Of a stretch of 64,000 nucleotides of DNA, positions 50,412-62,326 are shown piece after piece. Both the position numbers and the translations under genes were made by a program. Every line of letters starts with the position of its first letter. The first letter of the stretch is position 1. The stretch is from Lophium mytilinum (Eukaryota), in the NCBI GenBank assembly GCA_010093605.1, contig MU004195.1, positions 1,317,566 through 1,381,565 on the forward strand, written 5' to 3'. Under the pieces are notes generated by a model. That model made no database searches. It was given only the letters and a program-made list of their open reading frames with translations, and was not told where the DNA came from.

Positions 50412-52018
50412 ATGGACTATTGGACAGGGGATATCGTACTACAGGATGACTCAAGACTTAAGGGTATTTGTCTCCCTATTACGAAGTGATCACAGCTAAT
50501 AGCACACAGAAATCACATTCTCCACACCACATCTTACCGCCATAACCCCGATCCCCTCCTCGTCCCTCCGCTTTCTCTCCGTCGTCGAAACATCTCGAAT
50601 TCCCCTCTACTTGGCCGCCGGGCCTAGCTTCAACGTGTGGACTACATCTAGCGACACAGAAGAATGGTTCAGCTCCATACTAGCAAGAGAAGACGCGTTC
50701 GACGCGACCGCGTCTGGAGATGAGGCGTGCGCTTGGTGGACGAGTGCGAGAGCACAGTCGCCGATTGGTATACTAGTCGCAGTCGAAAATGGCTGGCAAT
50801 TAGACGGGCATGCAAAAGTCACAGAGATTCTGTTCTATGGAACGCTCGCCGGCAATGCCGATGCTGGGTTGCCATCGCCGCCTACGTCGTCGCAGGAGCA
50901 GCACTCTGCGCTGTCTGGCTCCCCAGAGCTGAGAGTGCATGCTCTTCCACTTTCGTCAGATTTGTTGGTTCATCCGAAATCAAATGGGTCGCGACTTTCC
51001 CCTCCGATTGACGCGGAGATGAGCGAGGGAGATGGCCAGTTTCTCTCGCCGCTCCTGCCTCCATCTGCGTCATCTCCAGGCCCAGAAAAGAGAAAGAAAG
51101 TAAATGATATGTTTGACGAGGCTACAGAACGTCGAAGAAAAGCTAGGAGGAAAGGCGGCGAGGCTGTTGCCGCAGCAGCTTCGAAGATCGAGCTCCCTAG
51201 ACCTGCCTCTGCTCATAGGAAATCCCTATCCATCGACAGCAAAGCCGGAAACACCGTGGAATCGTTACGTGGACATAATACGGCTCAAGTATCACAGGCC
51301 GCTGGACGGCCATTGTCCCGCTCTCCAAGCTTCTCCTCTGACATCCGGCCCCTCAGTAGGAAGGGTCTGCTCGATGGACCCGGTAAACGTTCTACGCTTT
51401 CGAGGGTCACAAGCATATCCGCGGCCCCCGAAGAGCAAACAATAGAATCTCGGAACAAAGAAGCCCTTTCAAGAGTTGTAATGGCCGGGATGCGAATGCA
51501 TGGACTTCAGCAACGGAAGAAACAGTACAAATCCCGCCGCAGCTCTGTTGCCCCCTCAGCGGACGGCAATGATGGCCATGCAGATGAGGTTGCTACAGAG
51601 GAGGCCGCGAAAGATGAGGAGTACAAACTAATATATCACCAAACCTTTAAAGGAGCGGCGCTCGCACTAGTGAGTTCTTCGTACTCTTCGAGGTACCGAC
51701 TGCAGCTAACATCCCACTCAGCGAAAACACATGGCGACTGAGCCATTGCATTCCCAACCAGATAGTCTTCGGGATGTGGTCGATAGGCTGCTTGCAATCT
51801 TCTGTACCGATCCGCTCGCAGAGCCTGTGCCTACAGCTGCACCCATTGATCCACTAAGTACTCCTGGAAGCCGAAAAGCGCTGCTAGGTGCGGACAGCGC
51901 TAAAAGCCACAAAAGCCTATTCGATAGCATCAAGCACTCTCATATCGCGAGCAACGGTGGAGAGAGCGGCGTTGTTAATCCCCCTACCGTGAGGAAGGGG
52001 AATAGAGAGGTAGTTTAG
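50412..52018 (+). CDS. Sld7 C-terminal-domain protein
   Basis: MDYWTGDI start, introns ~50464-50509 and 51670-51721; RNKEALSRVVMAGMRMHGL...EYKLIYHQTFKGAALALR...LRDVVDRLLAIFC resembles Sld7_C. Confidence 0.7.
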
Positions 52019-52287
52019 GCAGGTCATACAGCTTTATGACATAAGTTTGGGCGTTCCTTGCATCTGCTTGAGGTGTTTCGATAAACTTTTGAAACTATGA
52101 ATATGATGTAAGCTCGACGTAGTGGAGATATGGTCACCTCTTGACTGACTTACGACAAGCCAGCCAGAGTACTCCTTACAGTGGTGACGAGCGAGCAATA
52201 AAGGAGTTCGAGTGGTGAGATCTCGGGTGCCATGACCTATTGTTAGTATCGTGGTTCAGAAGTACTTCACATTCCAAATATCACCGG

Positions 52288-53280
52288 CTACCTTTTGATT
52301 GACGGAAGAGATCCTAGCGGGGGTACTCCTAACAGTGGCTTTGAACGATCAATAAAGCAGTCCGAACAGTGAGATGCCGGGAGAAACCATGAAGTAGAGA
52401 GGCAAGGCCCGACTGGAATTTTGAAGTTTCTGCTGGCGTACTGTCGATTGACATATCTTTTATAAGCCCATTTGGAAACTCGGAAGCAGATAGTCTTGCT
52501 ACACGCCATCCAGTTACGACAAGCCGGCCCAGCAGGTATGCCTTGGATGTCGCGCGTATTAAGGATAGTGAACCCATATTCAGTAATAGGATTTGGGTGT
52601 CTAATCCATCGTTCGACCTCGAAGCCAACAAAGACAACATCTTCATGGAAGACACGGTCAGCACGGTCCAGTTGATCGCCATATAGACCAGTGTCGGTTC
52701 CGATGCAGAGGAGGAGTTGTAAGGCAGTCGAGGCATCGACGGCAGCATTGTGATCTTCATCGCCGAGAGGAATTTTACAGTGAGTGGCACCAGTTCTGAG
52801 CCCTACAAAGGTTAGCAAAGTTTCAGACAACAAAACAATTCACATACCTAAGGAGTTGTTTGGCCATTGCCAGCCCGAAGGCTCTTCCTTGTTGTACACT
52901 TCGATGAGAACGTTTGTGTCTACGCAGTAGTGGATGTTGCGGTTAAGGTCCTTCGATTTGGAAGCACTACCGAAGGGGTTGAATAGTTCATTCTTAGCCT
53001 CAAGTTCCATCTTCGAATCGTGCCCGACAAGAACAACAATCCTCCGGCCATCCTGCGTCAGGATAGCCTGCGACGTAATGACGTCGCTGGAAGCTTGTTG
53101 CGGCTCCGCCTAGGCTGTAATGAGAGCCCGAGAGCGCGTTCCTAGCCATCGCTTGACGTCTCGGCCTCTGCGCAAGTAGGGGATGCGTTTTTCTTTGATG
53201 CTCCAATGAACTGCGGAAACGCTGGGAATATCAGCAGAGTTCAGTACACTTGGATCAGGGCGCTTCCATGCTTGCCACTT
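52288..53280 (-). pseudogene. Degenerate QIP/Gfd2-like DEDDh exonuclease with a partial tandem second domain
   Basis: RRIVVLVGHD, VDT, HNAAVDA (Exo II/III) followed by DVVFVGFEVERW..ITEYGFTILNTRDIQGIPAG (Exo I-like). Intron 52847-52803; in-frame TAG at 53112-53110. Confidence 0.6.
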
Positions 53281-53640
53281 GGGCACGGCTGGCGGGGACG
53301 CTCAAACGTATGACCTACCGGTAGTGTCTCGATTCAGAAGTGCCTCACATTTCAAAACCCACTCAACTTTTCAAGTGCATATTTCATAAAACCTAATCAT
53401 CATTTTCCACCTATCCTGAAGTGTCTTCAATACCCTCATTCTTTCGTCTGCATATCAAAATCTGCACTCCTTCTACCACTCACCGAACTTTTTCGTAGTG
53501 CCTTACCACAAATCCAGGCACGCCCCTTTGCCACAGCTTGGAATACAGGCTCTTGAACATCTAAACACGATGCCCGAACTCGAAGAATGACACTCACACA
53601 ACCTTTCAACTAGCCAACCATCTGCTAGCTGCACTGCTCC

Positions 53641-55557
53641 TCACATTGGTGCCGTATGAGCAACCTCCTCCGCCAACTCCCTTAGGCTCTCTTCCAGCCT
53701 CGCCGTCCTCCTCTCCAACGTCCGCTGGATCCTCATCATCTCTTCACTTTCATGCATCCCCTCGTTCTCCAAAGCGACCTGCAGCACATCTTCCCAGACC
53801 AGCGCCCACGCCTCTGCTTTCGCCGCCTGTCGCCGTGCTTCTAGGCTGTCGTATCGCGCTTTCGGCACGCCATAGAGGGAGCTTGGCTTCGGGTGAAGGA
53901 CGCGGTCGCAGAGCGTCTCGGCGGCGCCGCTGGCGGTGCTGATGCGGGCTTCGAGGGATGCGGGGTCCGGTGTCGGGTCTGGAGTGGGGTTGGCGAATGG
54001 AAGAGAGGCTGGGGTTGGGGAAGATGTCTGGGTATCGCTGGTGTGGATTCGGGGAATTGTATGGGTGTCTAAGGTCGTAGCTCTGTTTTCAGAATTGGCT
54101 AGTGGCAGGGTTGGGCTGACGGCTGGCTTGCAGGTATCCTCGAGCAATCCTTGAGTGGGAGTAGTGCTATGTGCTGGAGCGGGAGTAGGGTTGTGTGCTG
54201 GAGCAGGAGTAGTGCTGTGTGCTGGAACAGGAGTGGGGCCTTGGTTGATGGCTGTCCAGATGTCAGAAGCTCGTGGGCCGACTTGTTGAGTAGGTGGTGT
54301 CTGTACTAGACCCGCTCCTTCGCTAGAACTGGGGATATCATCCTGGCTCTCATCCTCGTCCCCGCCCTCCTCCCCAGAGTCTTCTTCGATCTCAAGCTCA
54401 TCCAGCTCCATCTCTTGAGGCTGAGATTTCGGCACGGGCCGCTCGCATACGATGTTTTTCTCATCGCATTTCTCACACGGCCAGATACCCGTCGTCACTC
54501 CACTGCATCTCTTATGACCTCGGGAGCAGTGTGCACACCTAGCATTTGGCTGTCCACCCTTTACTGCCTTCGGTAGGCATACGGTTTTCTCAGCTTTAGA
54601 GCCTGTCTCGGTTTCGATCTCATCGCGTTTCATCTCCTCAGGCTCCGACGTCGTTGGTCTGCATTTGATTCCCTTCTTGAGGCATACTTCACACGGCCAA
54701 ATGCTCGTCGTGCCTCCGCTACACTTCCTATGGTCTTTGTAGCAGCCTACGCAGCTCGTGTTCTTCAGTCCCAGTTTGTTCCCCACCCTGGCACTCACTT
54801 TTTTGGGGGCTTCGGCTTTCTTGGAGCCATCTTTCTGAACGGAAGTGATACAGGAGCCTTCGAAGCTCAGTTTCGCGGGCTTTGTAGGGGTCTTGTCGGC
54901 AGATTGAGTGACTGAAGACTCCTCATCTGGACCAAGAACTCGCTCGAGCCACTGTCTCGTCTGTGGTGTGGTCCTGCTCGCGGCCTGGTCTTCGTTCTTG
55001 TCCAGCAGCGCAGCCTGTTCGTCCTCATCGGGCGTCTGCCTGGCCTTGCTCCCGGTAGCTGCCTTTTTTCCCACTTTCACTGCCTGTTTAGGAGCCGCTT
55101 TCGTTTTCGACTTGCTCTTCGCAGCAGTACCGCGAGGCGTGCGCTGTCGCGGTGCCTGTTGTGCGGCCATGCCGCTCGGCTCCCACGACCTGCCCGCCAG
55201 CGACTTCAAGTACGCGACTTTCGATTCCATGGTGCCGAGGTACGCTGGGAGTGCCAACGCACTGTTAGGCTGCTGTTCTTCCTTGCCCTTTGTGGCCGCA
55301 TCGGATCCGCACTGGGTTTCATCCGCCGAAGGGGGAGCTGCTGGAAGCTGCTTGGTACTCGGCAAGGGCGCGGTGCCAGGCGGTGACGTCGGCTGAGCCT
55401 GTCCTCGTACGGCCTTCGATGTGGTTCTCTGCTTTTTGGATCCGGTGGCGGGCTCTGAGGTGGCTCCCTTCCGCTTGCTGGTGGTAGTATCCACCTGCAT
55501 CTTGTTGTTGTCAATCGGAGGGTGGCTGATGTAGAGTCGTTCCTGCCAGGCTATCAT
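53641..55557 (-). CDS. Protein with two Zn(II)2Cys6 clusters, otherwise low-complexity
   Basis: CVGCYKDHRKCSGGTTSIWPCEVCLKKGIKC and CAHCSRGHKRCSGVTTGIWPCEKCDEKNIVC; PAH(S/N)(T/P)TP repeats; intronless 638-aa ORF. Confidence 0.75.
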   Translation of the reverse strand: MIAWQERLYISHPPIDNNKMQVDTTTSKRKGATSEPATGSKKQRTTSKAVRGQAQPTSPPGTAPLPSTKQLPAAPPSADETQCGSDAATKGKEEQQPNSALALPAYLGTMESKVAYLKSLAGRSWEPSGMAAQQAPRQRTPRGTAAKSKSKTKAAPKQAVKVGKKAATGSKARQTPDEDEQAALLDKNEDQAASRTTPQTRQWLERVLGPDEESSVTQSADKTPTKPAKLSFEGSCITSVQKDGSKKAEAPKKVSARVGNKLGLKNTSCVGCYKDHRKCSGGTTSIWPCEVCLKKGIKCRPTTSEPEEMKRDEIETETGSKAEKTVCLPKAVKGGQPNARCAHCSRGHKRCSGVTTGIWPCEKCDEKNIVCERPVPKSQPQEMELDELEIEEDSGEEGGDEDESQDDIPSSSEGAGLVQTPPTQQVGPRASDIWTAINQGPTPVPAHSTTPAPAHNPTPAPAHSTTPTQGLLEDTCKPAVSPTLPLANSENRATTLDTHTIPRIHTSDTQTSSPTPASLPFANPTPDPTPDPASLEARISTASGAAETLCDRVLHPKPSSLYGVPKARYDSLEARRQAAKAEAWALVWEDVLQVALENEGMHESEEMMRIQRTLERRTARLEESLRELAEEVAHTAPM

Positions 55558-56342
55558 GTCTGAGAGTGCACGGAAGGTGTAGTAGGTTGAGGTGTTGAGT
55601 GGGTAACGATGAGGCGACGCGGGCTGGAGGAGGTGCGTTGTGGGCGCGTGTTGGTGTGGTCGACGGCCATAGAAGGCTTTTTATCAGGACGCCTATTCTG
55701 GCCGCTAGATGGGGTATTCACTCGGCCCACATGTTATAAAACGCAAGGTCTGTGCTTGTTGTATTTTTGTATTCAATGATGTTGAAGATCATAATGAAGA
55801 TTATGGAGAGATGATGCCTACAAGAGAAGATGGTGTACAAGACATAGGTGCCGTGCAGAACCTACAGACCAGTCAGAGGTTCCTACCATACCTGAGCACC
55901 GCGACTTACGGCGACAAGCCAGAAGTCTATATACGCCCGTCTATCACTGCCAGGGGTACCCCATAGGGCTTCAAACCTTTAGGCGCGATGTCAAGTTCCA
56001 GGCAAGGCAAACCGAACTGCCCTTTAACTCACTGCCTACTAAGTAGCTAAGATACTCCTCTCAGTGCTGTCAAGTGAGCAAGATTGTAGCCAAACATGAA
56101 CCGATTCGTGTGCTCAGCCTTACAGCGTAGTATTGTGAGCAGGTACGCGAGCAATGAATCGATTCAGTTCTGCAGAAGTAGTATTCAAAGAGCGTACATA
56201 GCCAGGGAGACTAGAAGTTCCAAATATCAAAACCTCGGTTGTGTTGAACAAGCGCCCCTTAGCAGAAGAAAAGAAAGCCCCAATCCATCTCCCCCTTCTC
56301 AGTCAATCCATAACCCCGTCTATCATAATCGCCCTATCCCCA

Positions 56343-56676
56343 CTACTTCTTTTCCTGACCAGCAGTCTGGTTCGCAGCCTTATCTGCCGCAGACTGCACT
56401 CGCGCCGCGAATGCAGGGTCGTTCCCACTCTTAGCCTATTCCTATTAGCCTCGCAACATCTTCAGCGGACTTCTGCCAGGGTTGGCCTAGCTTGTAGTGT
56501 TCCAGGAGACTCACCTCAGCGGACTGAATGCGGGCGGCATCTTCTTTGGTCGTCTGGGCCGGGATGTTCCTGGGGTTTTTCTGGTCAGGTGCCTCAGCGG
56601 AGTGAATGCGGGCGGCTTCTTCTGTCGTAACCAGGGCCGGCATATCTCCGGGGGTGTTCTGGTCTGGTGGAGACAT
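56343..56676 (-). CDS. Small SMP/LEA-like hydrophilic stress protein
   Basis: Exon 1 56676-56515 (TTEEAARIHSAE, TTKEDAARIQSAE), intron GTGAGT...GCTAAT...TAG, exon 2 56435-56343 AKSGNDPAFAARVQSAADK. 84 aa after splicing. Confidence 0.7.
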
Positions 56677-57078
56677 CTCGAGTTCTGGGATGTCTGGAGG
56701 GTGATTTGAATTGGAAAGGTTGTGAGAGATGAGTAGTTCTTGGTTGGAAACGGAAGTGGAAATGGTCTATGATGAGAAGCAAGGGTAGATGAAGGAGATG
56801 GTAGCATTTATACTTGGCGACTTCTGTAGTTTTCTGGCGAAGTGGTTTGCTGATTCCACATAAACCGCAAATGGGCGACATAAGACTGTCGCATGTGAGT
56901 TGATCACGGTCTCTGCAGCATGTTTGCGGGCAGCAATCTGAAAGCTTGCCGTCTCCATACAAGCCGATCTCTCTAGCTTTCTCGTAGCTGGAAGATTGAA
57001 GGAACGAGTATCAAACTTTTGAAGTGTATGATGAATGAATTTAACTTATTCAGCTCTAAGTAATGTACCGAAGCTTTT

Positions 57079-59887
57079 CTACAATTCGTCCTTGTCTCTT
57101 GTCTGGCTCCCGAGATCAGGCATAGCCATAATCTTGACCACCAGACTTGTCCAGCCAGTGAAGTGCTGTGTCCTCTGTCCCTTTCCAGTCTCAGGATTGT
57201 ACTGCTCCCATGCGAATCCTGTCTCCTTCCAGGACTCATACACGGTATCTACAAGGTTCTCGCGGAGCTCCGTGTATATTTTCCTCGCGCGCTTCTGATG
57301 TGGTCCCTTGGCTTGCGCAAGCACCTGTAAGCGAAGAGTCAGCATTCAGTCTGATCAATCCAGCCGCTCAAGGAAACATACCAGTAACTGATTAACAGCC
57401 AAATAATTCATGTTCATCCAGATAGGACCTCTCCAATAGTTCTCTTCGGTTCCGTAAAGCTCATCGCTTTTGCTCAAACTTCTTAATCCGTAGTCAGACC
57501 AAAGCTCGTCTGGGTCGTGAATCAGATCAAGAATTTCCCCCAATCTTGGGCTGTCAGGTGGTAATAGACCCGTCAGGAACGGGAAGATGGAGATGTAGCC
57601 TTTATGGCATACGTGTACGCTCTCTTCATAGTCGTCAATTGTTGCATCGCAATATGTTTTTTCCTTGTCATCCCAGTGAAGGTCATCGATATTGCGGATG
57701 ATAGCTTCTTCGTAGCCGGAGATTTCAGCGACGTCATCGGCATAGCCCAATATGATAGCTATACGTTTCAAGCTTCGAGTCATCATTCCCACCCAGCTAA
57801 TCAAGTCAACGTGCAGCTCGCCAGGGTGTGGAGGCTGGGCACGAGGGTAGTCGTCCAGACCGGAGGTCAGAATGTGTTGTGGTGTGCGGCCGCGCCAGCG
57901 GTAGCCTTCTTTGGTGGAGAATGCTTCTCGGTCGTAGGATTTGATGTCGCCTGCTTGGGTCTTTCGGAACCACCTATACTGACGCATTAGGAGAGGGTAG
58001 AGGTCCCGAAGATATTGAAGCGAGGCCTCGCGACTGGAGAGAATCGAAGTATAAGACCCGCTTGGAATGATCTTCTGGTCTGATGGTTTCGCAGATGCTA
58101 GTGCTTCCAGCTTGTCAATGAGACCAGTGAGGACCATGAAGAGGGTTGGCGGGTTTGCATAATGAGGGTATTGGACCTGGAACTCTTGCGGGACTTTGCT
58201 TCGGGCTTCGGCACCTAGAATTTGCTCGCGACCAATCCATCCATCCTCATCCATTAGGTTAAACCAACTCTTGATGATATCGAGACTAATCCGTTAGCAT
58301 TTTCAGAAAGAGAAAATGGGGAAGGAGACCTACGTCAAGTCAGCATCCCAATCGAGCACAGGGAGTAAATGGAAGCCTTCGTCCCATAGAAATCCCCGAG
58401 GAAAGAATGGCCTGGATGGAATGCTGGTGAACAACTCCGATGGGCCTTCGAACTCGGCTACGTTTCTTCCGCGTGCTTCAGCAGCTTCTTCCCAGAAGCC
58501 TTCGTTATCTTCCTCATACTCGGAGGCATAAGAGCGATCTACCCGAGAATCTCCATAGAAGTATCCAATGCCCCCTATTAAGTTCGAAAACAGGGATTTG
58601 GAGAATTCGTCGTATCTTTCTTTAATAAAAGGAGCATTGGGCGTGAAGATTTCCGAGAACCGGCTCGAAAAGCTTTTTGTGACCGTCTTGATTCGCGTGG
58701 TTAGATCTTCCGCTAAAAAAATGTTAGCTTGGTGAGCGGAGCAAATCATTTGGTGGTCCTACAAGTAACTGGCTCAGGTGCCGACGCTGATGAGTACAGA
58801 ATGTCAAACTACATAATTCAGCTAACGTCCAATTTGTAAGTAGAGGGATGGTCTACCTCAAAGGCGCCTTCGAAGACCTTTTGCACCATGTGTAAATTGC
58901 CCTTTGCTACTTCATTTGAGATTGTGTAGACTTGAGCAGGCGGCGGAGGATTATCTTCGCCATATTTGGCAAGCAAAGCCTCTATTTGCGTCTTCAAATG
59001 GGCAAAGAGGATAGCTTCACTCCTCCTACGTCGTTAGCCAAGTTGTACACAAAATCACACAATGCAGTGTGAACCCACGTTTCGTCTGCCAGAGAGCGTC
59101 CTCTGGCAATTGGAAGCTATGCACAAACGTCCGATCCAAAGGCTGTTCATCGTAGCTCGGATGGCCTGGAGGCGGATGCTCTCCACTCCCCTCCGTAATT
59201 GTTATGTCGAAGTCTCCAAGCTCCATCGTCTGACCCTTGAGCTTCACGTCGCCATCAAATCCCGTATCCTCACCATCGTCGACCACCTCCAAGCTGCCGA
59301 GCCCTTCTAGAGACGCATACCACACTACAGTTGTTTTCAAATTGGGAGATGCATCAGCACGAGGGGTTCCCTTGATTCGCACAGCCCAATTTCCCCCGTG
59401 TGTTCCTCCAGGGACTTTCACAAACTCGGTAGTCAGGTCGAGGCGGTTTGAAGGATCGTGGATGGTCTGGCGACCGCCGGTCCGTACGTCATACTCGTCC
59501 CAGCCGTAGCCATCGAGCTCGTGCTGTTCGCAGGTGTGTCTGAAGTCTAAAAGAAAGCAAAGATGACAAGGTCAGCCGACGAAGCCCAATTGAGGTGAAG
59601 AATCAAGCTATGGTCCTAGAATCTAGCACCAACGTACTGTGCTGCACGCTTTGATAGTCCTCCACTCGTGCCCAAAGCAATCCTGTCATAAGGCTTTTTG
59701 GAATACGCGGGCGGACTCCGAAGTATAGGTTCGGTCTGTAGGGGCCCCATAACAGCGAATCATTGGATGCTTTCTCGATTTCGAGGACCGTCGACGCGGA
59801 GGCTGCAGCGTAAATAGCGGGGCATTGGGCCAGTAAAAGAGCACCGACAAGGACGGCGTAAAGGGGCCATCGTAATAAAGGCTCCAT
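57079..59887 (-). CDS. CWH41: Mannosyl-oligosaccharide glucosidase I (GH63), multi-exon
   Basis: SLLWGPYRPNLYFGVRPR, PSRPFFPRGFLWDEGFHLL, GWIGREQILG, SGLDDYPR, YWRGPIWMNMNY, WEQYNPETGKGQRTQHFTGWTSLV; ER-retention KDEL end. Confidence 0.95.
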
Positions 59888-60089
59888 GATATGTTTTGGG
59901 AGTGGAGGAAGCTCCGAGGCTGGCGTGGGAGCTTCCTGGTGAGATTGTGATATTTGGTGGTGGGGTTGCGGCGAGAGAACACGTTTCGGAGGTGCGCGTA
60001 CATCACAGTAAATACAGGTTTCAAACACAATATCGTCACAGTAAGACAGCAATGATGGTAAATTTAATCCCATAGGTTTTATCAAGTAC

Positions 60090-60813
60090 TATTTGTGCTA
60101 TTCAAAACAGCATGCAATCTCTTGGCGTTTTTCTTCCGCACCCTCACTTGCGCGCAGAGTATTTTAACCCCAACCTTAGGTCTAGAACCTTAAAATTTTT
60201 ATAGTAGGTACTTTATATAGTGCTTAGCTTAAATATAAATTTATAGCTTTAAATATAAGAGAAAAGAGGAGTAACCTATACTTATACACGTGCTAAGATT
60301 TAAAGTTCCTTACTAAGTAGTACCCTTGTTACACGCTTACTAGGCACGCCGGGCATTAAAAAAGTGGCACACTCACCAAGATCTATCTTTTGCGGCCGTG
60401 TGTATACATGTCTGCCACTGCTTGGAGTGCTTCCACCGGTTTCCAGATAGCCCCAAGCTAAAAGGTTCTATCTCTTTTACATTTGAAAAGATGTATTGAA
60501 GCACTCCAAACAGCGACAGACAAGTGTACAAAAGGCAAATGCGGGTTGAGTGTGCCACCTTTTTCGTGCCCCGCGTGCTAGGGTAGCACGCGTGCACTAC
60601 GTAAATATTTTGCCTTTTCTAGAATTTTTACCACTATCTTCTATTTTTAAGGGCTAAAACTTAAGAGTTATACTCCTAGAGCTAGGTGCTATATTATAGA
60701 AGGACTAGAATATTATAGCTTAAACTTTGTTGTAAGGAATATGCAAGAACACGCAAGTGAGGGTGCGGAAGAAAACGCCAAGAAATTGCATGCTGTTTTG
60801 AATAGCACAAATC
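60090..60813. mobile_element. Non-autonomous Mutator-like (MULE/MITE) element, 724 bp
   Basis: ~63-bp terminal inverted repeats (60090-60152 / 60752-60813), flanking 9-bp direct repeat ATCAAGTAC (60081-60089) / ATTAAGTAC (60814-60822), TA-rich RIP-like interior, no transposase ORF. Confidence 0.8.
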
Positions 60814-61510
60814 ATTAAGTACAGAAGTGCATTTCTCCCTGCATCATGTGCATTTGAGCCCTTGTTCCACAATATCACTCCCACTCCATTACCCATAGTG
60901 ACACTATCAGTATTAGCAAAACCGAGAGCGGCCAGTGAAATAGCAGTCTCACCACCCATCATTCGAGATAATATGAAGTTGCATGTTGAGCTTACCACTT
61001 CCGAAGACTGCACCGGATGAGCCATGTACCCATCGGTGTCGCAGCGTACGGAAGCAGCCTTCAATAACCTCGAAGAACAAGCAAATTGTGTGCAAAGTAG
61101 AAGCAGTGTTGAAGTCGCAAGTCGCCAGTCGCCGGCCTCCAGTCTTCGATCGTCAGTCCAGGACACAGCCATTCACCAACTGCGAGGTGCCAGCCAACCT
61201 TCAGCCATTTTGCAACCAACCTCCAGATAATTACCAGTCCACACTAGCCACCATAACAACAAGCGCTAGGGGAAGTGAGGGGATAGTGTGCAAATTAAAA
61301 ACAAAACACGTAGAGCGCGATGCACGCCCACGTACCTTATGAAAAAGTGGTTGGCATTCGGAATCCGGGGAGTTTGTAGAACTTCGTAGTACTGCATGCA
61401 AGCATACGGAGTGCTCTCATGAAACCGATCGATGGCTGATGTGATCTCAGCTGCGACTGGGGTAGTCCGTCAGTAATTGTGCCTTGAATGGAAGCGGCGG
61501 TTGAGTCTCT

Positions 61511-62326
61511 TTACCCAGGGCTGAGCGGCCTGTTGAAACCACCAGTACGGTTCATGTACTGCCGGGCCTTGATGACGGTCTCCCTCCTGACGCCGTACAG
61601 CTTGTCGTTCCCAGGCACCTTCGAGTTCTTGGTCGTCTTGAAACCAGCAAAGCCCATGACCTTCTTCATGTATTCGGCCTGTGCCTCAACGTCGTCAGCA
61701 CCTGGGGAGTCGATGTCCATCTTTTCGACCTTGATGGGAACCTGGGACTGAAGGGCGGCGGCAGCCTTGCCGGATGGTTTGCGAGGCGGAGATGATGCAC
61801 GACCACGGGGTCCTCGCGGTGGAGATCGGTTGCGGGCACCATTCTTCGTGTCTCTGCCCGGCGGCGTGCGGGATCTGCCACGTCGAGCACCTCGTCTGCC
61901 TCCTCGAACTGGGCTGCGGCTGCGCTCCCTCCGCTTGTTGTCGCGTCCGCCTCTGTCGTCACGTCGGTCGCCATCGCGCACTTCCTTCGCATCAACCTTA
62001 TTGCCGCGGTCGTTGGTGTCCGGGCGAGAACGCTTAGCCGGAGGCTCTGCCATGTGTCCTGCTCCCACTGCTTTGGCTGGAGCGGAGGGTGGCGGAGTGA
62101 GGTCTGCGGCTTTGCGCTTGCCGAGATTCGAAGCCAGGGCGTTGGTATCTTGGGGTTTCTCGTAGGGCGGGGTGGGCAGTCCAGCTGGCTCAGAGGGAAG
62201 CTGCTTCGAATCCGTAGACTCCGGAGGGCTGGTTTCTGCTGCAGTAGTAGTTGAAGAGCTGCTCTTAGTTTTGACAGGAATGATGAAGCTGTCTGTCGTC
62301 AGCTTGATGAGCGCTTTGCGAGCCAT
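61511..62326 (-). CDS. SNRNP27: U4/U6.U5 tri-snRNP 27-kDa protein (DUF1777); start may instead be MAEPPAKR at 62053
   Basis: RS/RD-rich region and C-terminal MKKVMGFAGFKTTKNSKVPGN...ARQYMNRTGGFNRPLSP. Confidence 0.88.
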   Translation of the reverse strand: MARKALIKLTTDSFIIPVKTKSSSSTTTAAETSPPESTDSKQLPSEPAGLPTPPYEKPQDTNALASNLGKRKAADLTPPPSAPAKAVGAGHMAEPPAKRSRPDTNDRGNKVDAKEVRDGDRRDDRGGRDNKRRERSRSPVRGGRRGARRGRSRTPPGRDTKNGARNRSPPRGPRGRASSPPRKPSGKAAAALQSQVPIKVEKMDIDSPGADDVEAQAEYMKKVMGFAGFKTTKNSKVPGNDKLYGVRRETVIKARQYMNRTGGFNRPLSPG

